Below, piece after piece: positions 50,914 to 60,818 of a DNA stretch of 64,000 nt; position 1 is the stretch's first letter; each line of letters starts with the position of its first letter. The translations under genes and the position numbers were made by a program. A model generated the notes under the pieces. It made no database searches. It had not been told where the DNA came from and saw nothing but the letters and a program-made list of their open reading frames with translations. The stretch is from Truepera sp. (GTDB taxonomy: Bacteria; Deinococcota; Deinococci; Deinococcales; Trueperaceae), in contig CBDCKW010000009.1 in the NCBI GenBank assembly GCA_965218435.1, positions 1,056,001 to 1,120,000 on the forward strand, read 5' to 3'.

Positions 50914-51156
50914 TCACGCCTCGAGCTTTTTAATCGGGATAGGCGGCGTTACTAGGTTTTCAGTCCGCGCTTCTTTGAGGTCACCGCAAAAACGGGCGAG
51001 GTCGGAAATCTCTAACGCCTCCGAGGTGTAGGCGCAGCGGCGGCACTCGAGCTCGGAAAAGCCTTCGGTGTACATATACGTGACGGTATCGCTGCCCCCA
51101 CACTGCGGGCACAGTTCGCCGAGCTCGAGACCTTCAGCGTCAAAATTCACGGTCAA
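50914..51156 (-). CDS. Small zinc-ribbon protein
   Basis: CPQC ... CRRC; AGGGAGG upstream. Confidence 0.65.
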   Translation of the reverse strand: MTVNFDAEGLELGELCPQCGGSDTVTYMYTEGFSELECRRCAYTSEALEISDLARFCGDLKEARTENLVTPPIPIKKLEA

Positions 51157-51811
51157 CCTCCCTTAATGGTCATTCTAAACCCAGCGTAGAACGAGCGGTG
51201 TTTTGAAAAGGTGACTTAACCCGCTTCCAGGTAAAATCAGTTGGTTCGGTACACTTATGAGTATGAAGCTGACGCACGCGCCGCCGGGTTACCGAAGTCC
51301 CTTTTTAGATGTCGTGGAAGGACTCGAGCCTCCCACGATATTAGACTTGTTCCCGAATAGACATCAAGTGAGCCAGAGGTTCCATAAACCTGCTGAGACG
51401 ACGAGCACATCGTCTTCAAAGTTGTCTCTATGGTTGCGGTAAGGAGTCGTAAGAATACGAAACCGTTTCATTCCGCCGATAGCGTGCTCGATAAAAACTC
51501 TCAACTTGGCTAAGGCACGGTTGTCTTGCTTCTGTTCGGGGCTAAGGTGCGGGTCAGGCTTCTTTTTGCTTTTGCGCGGTTTCTTGTGGGGAATGCGAAT
51601 ACTGAGACCTTGATAGTCTGTCTGTATCCCTTGATAGCCCAAGTCGAGTAGTACTTCAGTGTCTGCAAACCAAGCCTTTTCCGAAGGAAACTCTGTTTTA
51701 AGCATGGTGTAGTCATGCGTTTTACCCGGGAAAGTCTGACCCAAGAACAAAATGACCTTGTTCGCTGAGGAGAAAACGGTGTTCTTCAAGGTATGGCGCT
51801 TTTTTTACCAC

Positions 51812-51847
51812 GTCTTGGACAAAACGGCACCTCCCGGGCCTGTCCGC
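51812..51847 (+). repeat. 36-bp hairpin micro-insertion A
   Basis: GTCTTGGACAAAACGGCACCTCCCGGGCCTGTCCGC; its removal restores HYSGKK of the transposase. Confidence 0.85.
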
Positions 51848-52031
51848 TATAGTGTTCACGTTGTTTTTCGTCATCACTTGGACGTTGATAGAGACGCTCA
51901 GTTACATCAACTAGCAGATGCTCTAGGTCTACGTTTGCCAGGGTGATTTTAAGTGCTTCGGCATTAGCAAACGTGCGTTCAGGCAAAACTCCCAAGCTTG
52001 CCAAAGTCTTAGACATGATAGGGGTCAGTCT

Positions 52032-52069
52032 GCGGACAGGCCCCTTTCGGGTGCCGTTTTGTCCAAGAC
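52032..52069 (-). repeat. 38-bp hairpin micro-insertion B
   Basis: Minus strand GTCTTGGACAAAACGGCACCCGAAAGGGGCCTGTCCGC; its removal restores the frame ENVH-RLTPIMSK. Confidence 0.85.
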
Positions 52070-52819
52070 ATGGACGTTTTCACAAGCTTTTGAACGCGCC
52101 ATATCAAAGTGGGTTCCCAGCACATCAAACGTCGGATAATTCTTGAAGTAGTAAAGCATGAACAACAGCTTTGCCTCGGCACTGGCTAACTTGCCTTTTT
52201 GCCCTCCACCCGACCTACGCTGTTTTAGCCCTTGTACATACGCTTGCTCCTGCTCAGCCTGGTGGATTTTCGCAAACACTTTCGCCAGAACCTTGAACTT
52301 CTCGCTTGATAGACCTGTCAGTGCTTTTAATTGTCGCTCGTCTCGTATCTTCGCTAGCATTTCGCTACTTTAGCAGCTTCTCCTCACTATTAGGGAACTA
52401 CTCTATTGACCCAACAGAGTGACGTTTTTTACCGGGACGCACAGCTGACAGCGTTTATCTCTGCGGCGCGGTGCCAAGCTGTTGGCGGCAACGCGCTCAT
52501 CGTTCCCAATATCCCTTACGAAAATTTCTACGCCATGCCCGACACTCTGCTCGGCACACTACACGCGTTCTCTAAACGCCTCGCGCTGGCGTTTAAGACG
52601 GTCTACGGTTGTGACGGCGTACTTTTACGGCAGCACAACGAACCGGCGGGCAGTCAAGATGTGTGGCACTATCATCTGCACGTCATTCCGCGCTTTACGG
52701 ATGACGAGTTTTACGCTACAAAGCCGCAAAAAGTCTGGACGACCCCGGAAGAGAGAGCTCCTTACGCTCGAGCCCTAAAAAATTACTTTGCCGAGAGCAT
52801 TTAAGCCGTCTAAGTCTTA

Positions 52820-53224
52820 CTAGAGTGCGAAAAGCCCTTCAAAGACCCTGACGTCTTCTTCAAACGTCGGCTGCAGCTGTCTCAGCTCTGCCAATGTAAC
52901 CCACGCAATCGCTTCTACTTCGTGACTGTGACTGCCTGTCCCGGCTTCGCCTACAATGATTTCAGTTGTCCAAAAGTGCAACACGAATTGTCCGTCATGT
53001 GAGAGGATTTCAGCGACTTTCTTGACTGCAGTGACCTCGAGGCCGACTTCTTCCATGACTTCACGCTTCAGCGCGTCCTCTTGCGTCTCGCCTTTTTCTA
53101 TGCGTCCGCTGACCGGACACCAGTACCCGCTCGCCGCTTCGGTGTAATTGGAGCGTTTGACGAACAAAAAAGCGTCGGACTTCTGAAGAATCGCAACGAC
53201 TGCGTGGATACGGTCAGCTGACAT
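52820..53224 (-). CDS. NUDIX hydrolase
   Basis: G.IEKGET..DAL.REV.EEVG Nudix box. Confidence 0.9.
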   Translation of the reverse strand: MSADRIHAVVAILQKSDAFLFVKRSNYTEAASGYWCPVSGRIEKGETQEDALKREVMEEVGLEVTAVKKVAEILSHDGQFVLHFWTTEIIVGEAGTGSHSHEVEAIAWVTLAELRQLQPTFEEDVRVFEGLFAL

Positions 53225-53272
53225 GTTCAGTTAGATTATAGTAAAGAAGTCCATTTTGGCGTGTCTGGAGGC

Positions 53273-54913
53273 TTAATTTGAGGGGACACCCGCTCGAGCC
53301 TCTTCCAAGAGTTCTCGGGCGTGGGCGAGCGCAGTTTTGGTCTTCGCGCCCGAGAGCATCCGGGCGAGTTCGGCCACGCGGTTTGCTCCCCCTAACCTCG
53401 TGACACGCGTGACGGTGCGACCTGCCTGCTCGAGTTTTTCAACCTTAAAGTGCGCGTCGGCAAAGGCGGCGACTTGCGGCAGGTGCGTGACGACCAAAAC
53501 TTGGTGGTGTTCGGCCAAACGCTTTAAGAGGTGCCCGACGGTGCGGGCCGTCTCGCCGCCCAAACCCGCGTCTACTTCGTCGAAGACAAGGGTCGGCTGT
53601 TGTGAACCGGTGACGACATTTAAGGCGAGCATCACCCTTGACAATTCACCGCCTGAAGCAACAGCCGAGAGTGGCGCAGGCGGTTCGCCTAAGTTCGCGC
53701 TTAAAAAGAAGGTCACCTTGTCGCGGCCCGTCGCGGTGGGTTCAGGCAGCGCGTCTAACTCGGCGCTGAACTGGGCATGGGTCAGTCCGAGCGGGCGCAG
53801 CTCACGGGTTACGTCTTCAGCTAGTTTTTTGGCAGCTTTGCGGCGAGCTTGGGTGAGCGTGCCGGTCAGTTTAGTAAGTTCTGTATTCAGCGCTGTTTGC
53901 TCGGCTTGGAGCCGCTCTAAATCGAACTCAGCGTTGTGGAGCCGGGTCATCTCAGCTTCAGCGGTGGCGTAAAACTCTAAAACTTCGGTAATAGAGCCCC
54001 CGTATTTGAGCTTGAGCGTCTCCAACTGGCTGAGGCGGCGCTCGAGCCGCTCGAGCGTCGCCGGGTCACCACTAAAGTCAGCTAAGAAACTCTCGACTTC
54101 GGCGCTCGTCGCCTGAACACTTTCTAACGCGCCGCGTAACTCGGCGGCGAGCGCCGCCGGAACCTCGTGATAGCGTCCGGCACTCTCTAAACTGCTTACA
54201 GCCTCAGCCAAAAGTGCCAACGCGTTGGGCTCACCTTCGCTCAGGCGCTCCAAGGCTCCGGCACTGCCTTGCAAAATACGTTCGGCGTGGCGGTGGCTCT
54301 CGAGTTCAGCGCGGAGCGTCTCCTCCTCGCCGGGAACGAGGTTGGCCGCTGCGATTTCTGAAACCTGAAACTGCAACACGTCGAGCTGCCGCGCCCGCTC
54401 GCGGAGTGCGCTCTGCAAGTCGCTCAGTTCTTTGGTTACCTGCGTCAACCGGCGGTAGCGTTCACCGACCGTGTGGAGCGTGTCCTGCGCGTGAACGTCC
54501 AACTGGTTGTCCAAAAGCCGCCGCTGCTCGCCCGCGGACAGTAGCGTCTGCGAGGCGTGCTGACCGTGAATGGCGAGCTGCGCCGCACCTTTGTCTGAGA
54601 GTTCGGCAAGCGTTACGACTTCACCGTTTAAGCGGGCACTGCTCCGGCCCGACGCCTGCACGCGGCGTGTCAGGGCCTCGGCGTTATCTTCAGCTTCTCC
54701 TGGAGTGCCGAAAAATCCCTGGATGAGTGCGCTGCTTGCGCCCGCCCGAACTGCCCGCGACTCGGCGCGGCCTCCGAGTAATAGGGTCAGCGCGTCAACC
54801 AAGATAGACTTGCCCGCGCCGGTCTCGCCGGTCAAGACGTTTAAGCCGGGGGCGAAGGTGACGCGCAGGGCGTCTACGATGGCAAAGTCAGCTAGCTCGA
54901 GCGCAAGTAGCAC
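53273..54913 (-). CDS. recN: DNA repair protein RecN
   Basis: TGETGAGKS, IHGQH, ASGGELSR, FDEVDAG, VTHLPQVAA. Confidence 0.96.
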   Translation of the reverse strand: MLLALELADFAIVDALRVTFAPGLNVLTGETGAGKSILVDALTLLLGGRAESRAVRAGASSALIQGFFGTPGEAEDNAEALTRRVQASGRSSARLNGEVVTLAELSDKGAAQLAIHGQHASQTLLSAGEQRRLLDNQLDVHAQDTLHTVGERYRRLTQVTKELSDLQSALRERARQLDVLQFQVSEIAAANLVPGEEETLRAELESHRHAERILQGSAGALERLSEGEPNALALLAEAVSSLESAGRYHEVPAALAAELRGALESVQATSAEVESFLADFSGDPATLERLERRLSQLETLKLKYGGSITEVLEFYATAEAEMTRLHNAEFDLERLQAEQTALNTELTKLTGTLTQARRKAAKKLAEDVTRELRPLGLTHAQFSAELDALPEPTATGRDKVTFFLSANLGEPPAPLSAVASGGELSRVMLALNVVTGSQQPTLVFDEVDAGLGGETARTVGHLLKRLAEHHQVLVVTHLPQVAAFADAHFKVEKLEQAGRTVTRVTRLGGANRVAELARMLSGAKTKTALAHARELLEEARAGVPSN

Positions 54914-54998
54914 GCGTATAGTTTAGCAAGTTGTGCCCTGAACGTTGGCGTCAGGGCACGCCAATTGCTCTATAAATATAGACGCTTGCTATATCGGT

Positions 54999-55520
54999 TT
55001 AAGGCTCTATCACGCTTAAGAGATTGTAGAAAGCACCGTCATCTTGTTTCTTCGTATCTTTGAGTATGGGGCCATCTATCAGCGCATCGTTGACGTAAAA
55101 ATCATCTCCTCGTCTGCTAATGGCTAAGGTATCGCCGTTGAGATTTTTGAAACTCAGGTTGTCAGTTTCAAACAGCGTTTTAGGATAGTAGTTGCCTGGT
55201 GCAATGTAGGTGCGAATAAACTCGGGTAACTCACTACTTTCCATAAACGCTTCTTCGGTAATGCCTCGAGCTTTGAAGTACGTTTCAAACGCCGTGTTGG
55301 TTGGGACGAACGCTGTATAGGGACCATCTGCTTCTATAAGAAGCTTTCGTACATCGGCAAGGCTGTCTTGCCTAAGAGCAGTAGAAAATGTTCCTGCGCC
55401 TTCGTCTTCGGGTACGCTGTCAGTCAATATCATAGCGAGAGACGGAGCCCGGTCAACGACAAGCGTCGAGCCACAAGCGGTTAGCATCAAGATGAGTGCA
55501 AGAGTGAGGTAATATTTCAT
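54999..55520 (-). CDS. Fasciclin (FAS1)-domain lipoprotein
   Basis: LTAC lipobox, GPYTAFVPTN.AF H1 motif; AGGAG RBS. Confidence 0.8.
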   Translation of the reverse strand: MKYYLTLALILMLTACGSTLVVDRAPSLAMILTDSVPEDEGAGTFSTALRQDSLADVRKLLIEADGPYTAFVPTNTAFETYFKARGITEEAFMESSELPEFIRTYIAPGNYYPKTLFETDNLSFKNLNGDTLAISRRGDDFYVNDALIDGPILKDTKKQDDGAFYNLLSVIEP

Positions 55521-55537
55521 GTGAAATCTCTCCTAAC

Positions 55538-57702
55538 CTAGTATCTGATAAACATATCTACACTACCGCTATCGCTACGGTCTGCGACATGGACGTACCA
55601 CTGATAGCTACCCGGTGCTAGATTGCCTGAAGCGAGCTGATAGTACCCGTCCTTCGGAATAATCTTGTATTGAAGATTTTGATACGTGCCGTCAGCTTTT
55701 CGCTTGTTCAAGCCTGCTGCGATAGGCACCTGATTTCCTTGAACAGCCATAAACCTTTGACCTGACGAGCTCAAAGTAAACTCGTAACTTCCCCCCTTGG
55801 TGGGTGTGAGGTTGAATCCACGCCATGTGCAGTTCGGTAATCCGACGCTATTTACACAAGGCGACTGATCACGGTAATAACCGAAAATGCTTGAGGCGTC
55901 TCTACTAGTAAGTCTTTCGCTTTCCCCCATACGGTTTTTGTCAATACCGGAACCCGCTCTAGGTAAAATCGTACATGCTGAGTCAATATTGTTGAATAGG
56001 CAGTCACGTTGGGCCTGTTCGGTCTTACCAAGTGCCCATTTTGGATAGTAGACCTCCGGCGAAAGTCACACAATGGCTTGTAGATCATGGTTGTAGAGAG
56101 CAGCAATGAGATTAAGCCGAAGTCCAAAGCGCCTGCGCCGATGACGATAGGTTTCTTTGAGGATACGCCAGACCTTAAGCTTACGAATGACGTGTTCAGC
56201 GAGGATGCGTTCTTTAGCTAGGATGCGGTTATGTAGCTGTTGCTCTGGGGTAAGTACGTTACCCTTCCAACGTTTATGCGGGGTACGGCTTTTGGGATGA
56301 AGCTTAGCCACGCCCTGAAAGCCGCTATCAGAAAGAAGTTCGGTGTTTGGCGCGAGCACCGTAGCGCAGCGGCTTTGTGTCAATAACTTGAAGTCGTGTG
56401 CTCGGCCTTTGCCATAAGCCGTACATAGGATGCGCTGACTGTTTTGTGCAACAAATACTTGGCTCTTTTGCGTGTGTCGTTTCTTCTTACCCGAGTAGTA
56501 ACGCCGCTACCCTGCCGCTGCGCTTGGGGCACTTTGTTTTTTTGGGACGTTCAACCGGCGACTCGGCAATATCCACTACCACAACTTCTAGCGTCTGGTC
56601 GTCACGCAACGCTTTGCGTCCCGGCAGTGTGAACTTACCCGAGCTGATGAGGGCGTCTTCGACGCGTTCTATGGTGCGCCGCACGGTGCTCTCGTCTACG
56701 CCCCAATCTTCTGACAAGTGAAAGTGGGTTCGGTATTCTCGTAAAAACGATAGGGTCAGTACAAGTTGGTCTTCAAGACACAGCGCGGGAGTTCGTCCGC
56801 GTTTCTTCTTCCGCCCCTCTCTCGCTTTAAGTAACTCCAGCATCGTTCTGAAAGTGGTGGGCTTGACCCCAAGTTTGCGTTTGAACTTCTCAGGTGACAA
56901 CTTTAGACTCCGTGCTGTTTGTTCGCGCATCTTTACATGTTGTCATCTTCGAGCTACTTTCGCCGGAGGTCTAGTGCATAATGGAGTAAGGATCATAAGT
57001 TGAAAGTTGTGCGCCGGTAGAGCAATTCTTGTTTAATTGACCTTTTGGGTCATATGCACGCCCGCCATAGACATTTATGAAGTTGTCCCGGTCGCACCGA
57101 GAGTGTTCGTGATTCAAAGCAACCGCGTGTCCGATCTCGTGGATCGTATTTGCTAAGTCACATCTTGTACCGAGATAGGTATTAACAGTTCCTCCAGAGT
57201 ACCCTACATAAGATGAGCAGTCGGTCTCTTCTGCAGCTCTCTGGAAGACAATACGTGCCCCACAACTGCGCGGATAGAAGCGTAGCATCGTTGCATCTTG
57301 CCAATGCTCAATAGCTGTATTGAGGTTTGCACGCTGTGAAACAGTCAAATTAGTTTCATACGCGTAATAAACTTGACCATGAGGCCAAAACTTATAGTTA
57401 CCTAAAATATCGGTAGCTCCAAACGCTTGGGATGAGAGCGAGCCGTCATTGGCCTTTTCAATTTTAGCTTCTACCTCTTCAACTGGTCCGAGAATCATAT
57501 CACCGCCGATAACTGCTAAACCGTCCACAACTCGGTAAGTGAACGTTTCACCATCTATCTCAGCTGACCTAATCTCCCCTGGTTTGTTGGGAGCATATTC
57601 GCCAATGAATGGTTCTGGGTTTTCGATACTGTTGATTACTAGAGGTGCGTCTGCAGTCTTGCTACAGGCAACTAACGTTAGTATAAACGCGAGACATAAC
57701 AA
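55538..57702 (-). pseudogene. Astacin (M12A) metalloprotease lipoprotein interrupted by an IS
   Basis: LVAC lipobox, GDMILG, CSSYVG, HEIGHAVALNHEHSRCDRD, YDPYSIMH|Y; rejoins in frame to the 55538..55930 ORF after IS removal. Confidence 0.88.
56051..56971 (-). mobile_element. IS5-family (ISL2-like) element with a split transposase
   Basis: Perfect 16-bp TIRs GACCTCCGGCGAAAGT, TA duplication; REYRT.FHL, ERPKK, YYSGKKKRHT, HDF, DSGFQG, EHVIRKLK.WRIL. Confidence 0.92.
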
Positions 57703-57927
57703 CTTACTTAGCGAGGGGGGTAGATTGCGTATTTGTCTCCTATACTCTTACTCTCTGGTACAAAATCGCTTACAACAACTGGTTGACCTTCACGTAATGA
57801 ATATAGGTGACTTAGCCCAGATTGTAACTCCTAGAAGGTAAGATAGCGGGAGTATAGGGTTTCTCATTCCCCCTTAATATAAGACTCAGGTTAAGGTTTC
57901 TTAATTCAACAATGTCGTTTAGGCTGT

Positions 57928-58821
57928 TTAGGCCAGCTCGAGCGTGTACGCCACCACGCCGTGTGAGAGCCTGAAGCCGACGGCCTCGAGCGCAAACGAC
58001 GCTGAGCGTTCATCGTCGTGCGCCCGCGCCAAGACCAGCTCGATCTGCTCGTCTTGGAGTGCTTCGGCCAGACCCCGTAAAAGGAGGTCGCGGCCCAACT
58101 TGCGGCCACGTGCGGCGGGCAGCACCCCGAAGTAGGCGATTTCAGCGTAACCTTCGTCGGGGAGTTTCTCGAGTTCCAAATGCCCGACCGGAACCCCGCC
58201 CTCGTAAACAACCGTCAGACTTACCTGCGGGTCGTTAAAACGTTCTAACAGGTCTTCATCAGACCACGCGAGCCGTGTGGCCCAGTTGTCGCTCGTGTCG
58301 CGGTAAAGGTCGCGGTAGAGCCCCACATCAATCTTTTGGTTTGTCTCAAACCTGAATAGGCTTGGGCTGACGGGGCGAAGCGGCGTCTCGCGCCGAAACT
58401 CGTAGATATAGGTCGTGCGAAACGGCTCGAAGGTGCCTTCAGCGAGGGCGTCTTGGGCGCGCCGATTCTCCTGGTCTACAAACGCCTCGAGGTAGCTGTA
58501 CCCGTGTACTCTGGCCTCGGCGACAAGCCGCTCTAAGAGCGGCTTGGTATCTACATTGACCTCGGGGTGCAGCAGCGGTCCTTCTAAAAAGACTTCGCCT
58601 TCGTAGTTGCAGAGCGCGGCGTAAGCGGCGAGCAGGCCACCCTCCTCGAGCACCAAAGGCACCATCTCGGTATAGGGGCTCAGCTCCCCGAGTTCTAAGG
58701 CCAACTCTTCAACGCTGCGGCTTTCCGGCGTCATACTGCGCTGCGACGCCCGCTCGTCTTGAGCTTTAAGCAGCTCTAACAGCCCCGGTAAGTCGCGGTT
58801 TTCAAACGGACGGACAGTCAT
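57928..58821 (-). CDS. Tandem GNAT acetyltransferase
   Basis: YFGVLPAARGRKLGR acetyl-CoA motif; two GNAT-like halves. Confidence 0.8.
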   Translation of the reverse strand: MTVRPFENRDLPGLLELLKAQDERASQRSMTPESRSVEELALELGELSPYTEMVPLVLEEGGLLAAYAALCNYEGEVFLEGPLLHPEVNVDTKPLLERLVAEARVHGYSYLEAFVDQENRRAQDALAEGTFEPFRTTYIYEFRRETPLRPVSPSLFRFETNQKIDVGLYRDLYRDTSDNWATRLAWSDEDLLERFNDPQVSLTVVYEGGVPVGHLELEKLPDEGYAEIAYFGVLPAARGRKLGRDLLLRGLAEALQDEQIELVLARAHDDERSASFALEAVGFRLSHGVVAYTLELA

Positions 58822-59280
58822 GGTTTATGCTACTGCAAAACTGCCTAAGCTCTGCTGTCCCTGTTCGCCCCTACGCCCGCCTAAGCCGTTCCACCTTAAG
58901 CCGTCCCACCTGTAGACCAACTGCTCGAGCAGGTCAGTCCGACAATAGTTTCGACAAACCTTTAGAGATTTTGAAAGTAGATGATCTGAAACACCGTATA
59001 AAACTCCCAAAAACCGGCTAAATTTTAGTTGTCGGTCGTGCCGGGGTCTGAACCGCTTCAGTCGAAAACGAGTCAGCGGCGGGTGTTGCCGACGCCGCGC
59101 TTAAATTTGGATAACGAGTTTCGCTTGTTGGAGCCCAAAACGGCAACGGCTCGCTCGGCTTGTATCAAGCTGCAACGTGTTGACACCTCCGCTGCAAACC
59201 ACAGCTACTATCTAGTGTCCGAGTAAAGTTTCACCGATTAATGTCTGAACAAAGGTTTATTAACTCATAGGAGGATAACT

Positions 59281-60252
59281 ATGCCGAGGTTTGTATTTGC
59301 TTGTATGTTGGTTTTTGGCTCGCTCGGGTCAGCGCAGACGCTTCGGGCGTCACACCAGTGGCCGCAGGGTGATTTGCGTGACGAAATGGTTCAGCTCATC
59401 AAAACCGAGGTCGAAGCGGCGGACGTCGGGCTTGATATCCGCGTGTTCCCGGGTAGCTCGCTTTTCGGTGCGGACGAGCAGTGGGACGCCGTAACGCAGG
59501 GCCAGTTCGACATTACCGCGTTGCCGCTCGATTACGCCAGCGGTGACCACCCAGAATTTAGCGCGACGCTGATGCCGGGTCTGGTTAAAAGCTACGCGCA
59601 CGCGCAGCGGATTGACAAGTCGGAGTTTATGAACCGGATCAAAGCGATCATTAACGATGCGGGCGCAGTGGTGCTCGCCGATACCTGGCTCGCAGGCGGG
59701 TTTACCTCGAGCAAAAACTGCATCTTGGTACCTGAAGACATCAAAGGGCAAAACTACCGCGCCGCTGGACCCTACTTTGAGAAGATGCTCGCAGGTGCGG
59801 GCGCGTCCATCGTTTCGATGCCGTCATCTGAAGCGTACACCGGGTTACAGACCAAAGTCATTGACGGCTTAAACACTTCCGACGCGTCGTTTCTCTCGTA
59901 CCGCATTTACGAACAGGTCAAGTGCTTGACGCCTTCAGGTGACAACGCCTTGTGGTTTATGTACGAACCCATCTTGATGAGTAGCCGCACCTTCGACCGG
60001 CTTTCGCCGGAGCAGCAAAACGCGCTGATGGCGGCGGGCAAAAAGGCCAGCGAGTACGCGTACAGCGCCTCGGCCGACCTCGAGCAGACTTTAATCAACA
60101 CCTTCAAAGAAAACGGGGTCGAGATTGCCGACATGGACCGCGAGCAGTGGCAACAGTGGATTGACCTCGCGCAAAAAACGGCCTACGCTGACTTTATGAG
60201 TGAGGTTCCGGACGGCAAAGAATTGATCGAGTTGGCCCGTCAGGTCGAGTAA
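59281..60252 (+). CDS. dctP: TRAP transporter substrate-binding protein
   Basis: Signal peptide, SHQWP, FPGSSL, SMPSSEAY.GLQT.VIDG; AGGAGG RBS. Confidence 0.9.
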   Translation: MPRFVFACMLVFGSLGSAQTLRASHQWPQGDLRDEMVQLIKTEVEAADVGLDIRVFPGSSLFGADEQWDAVTQGQFDITALPLDYASGDHPEFSATLMPGLVKSYAHAQRIDKSEFMNRIKAIINDAGAVVLADTWLAGGFTSSKNCILVPEDIKGQNYRAAGPYFEKMLAGAGASIVSMPSSEAYTGLQTKVIDGLNTSDASFLSYRIYEQVKCLTPSGDNALWFMYEPILMSSRTFDRLSPEQQNALMAAGKKASEYAYSASADLEQTLINTFKENGVEIADMDREQWQQWIDLAQKTAYADFMSEVPDGKELIELARQVE

Positions 60253-60818
60253 TGCCCAAGGCTGCCAGATACCCTAAGCCTGCCAGATACTATGTAGGTT
60301 TCGTCGGGGGTCTGTCAAAGACCCTCGGCGCGTTTGCGGTGGTGATGATCTGCGCCGCTATTTTGCTGATTATTCAGGTTATCTTGTACCGCTACGCGCT
60401 GGGCCGTTCGACGAGCTGGCAAACCGACGTTATTATCTTTTTAGTCGTCGCTGCGACCTTTATCGGGAGTTCTTACGTGTTGCAGCGGCGGGGGCATATC
60501 AACGTAGATTTAGTGGCAACCTTGCTTAATGACCGGGGTAAGTGGTGGCTCGAGCTGCTCGGCGGCGTGTTGTCGCTCGTTTTTTGTGTGCTGATGGCCT
60601 ATTACAGTGCGCTATGGTGGTATGACGCTCTGGAGCGCGGCCGCACCACCGCGACCATGATCCGGATTCCGCTGTGGCTGCCTTACTTGTCGCTGCCCGT
60701 CGGGATGGCCGGATTGTCATTACAATACGTGGCGAATTTGCTCGAGCACCTCTATACCGGCCGTGAAATCGAGTACGAAGAACCTGCGGTCGTTACGGCT
60801 GTAAAGCGGACCAACTGA
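60252..60818 (+). CDS. dctQ: TRAP transporter small permease
   Basis: Four TMs, GHINVD; TAATG coupling. Confidence 0.88.
   Translation: MPKAARYPKPARYYVGFVGGLSKTLGAFAVVMICAAILLIIQVILYRYALGRSTSWQTDVIIFLVVAATFIGSSYVLQRRGHINVDLVATLLNDRGKWWLELLGGVLSLVFCVLMAYYSALWWYDALERGRTTATMIRIPLWLPYLSLPVGMAGLSLQYVANLLEHLYTGREIEYEEPAVVTAVKRTN

Larger units (their letters stand above)
51344..52403 (-). mobile_element. IS5-family (ISL2-like, HTH plus DDE) element with a disrupted transposase
   Basis: Imperfect TIRs GACTTGTTCCCGAATAG / CTATTAGGGAACTACTC, TA duplication; DVTE..QRP, YSGKK, HD, DLGYQG, EHAIGGMKRF; two micro-insertions. Confidence 0.9.
51257..52804 (+). pseudogene. HIT family protein interrupted by an IS
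   Basis: MSMKLTHAPPGYRSPF...PTIL (to 51343) joins in frame to LTQQSDV...QDVWHYHLHVIPR (from 52406) once the IS and one TA are removed. Confidence 0.85.

Noticed and set aside
51812..52069. 36/38-bp repeats as CRISPR repeats or as ends of an inverted segment
   Set aside because: Only two copies, inverted and 184 bp apart; the enclosed transposase sequence is not inverted.
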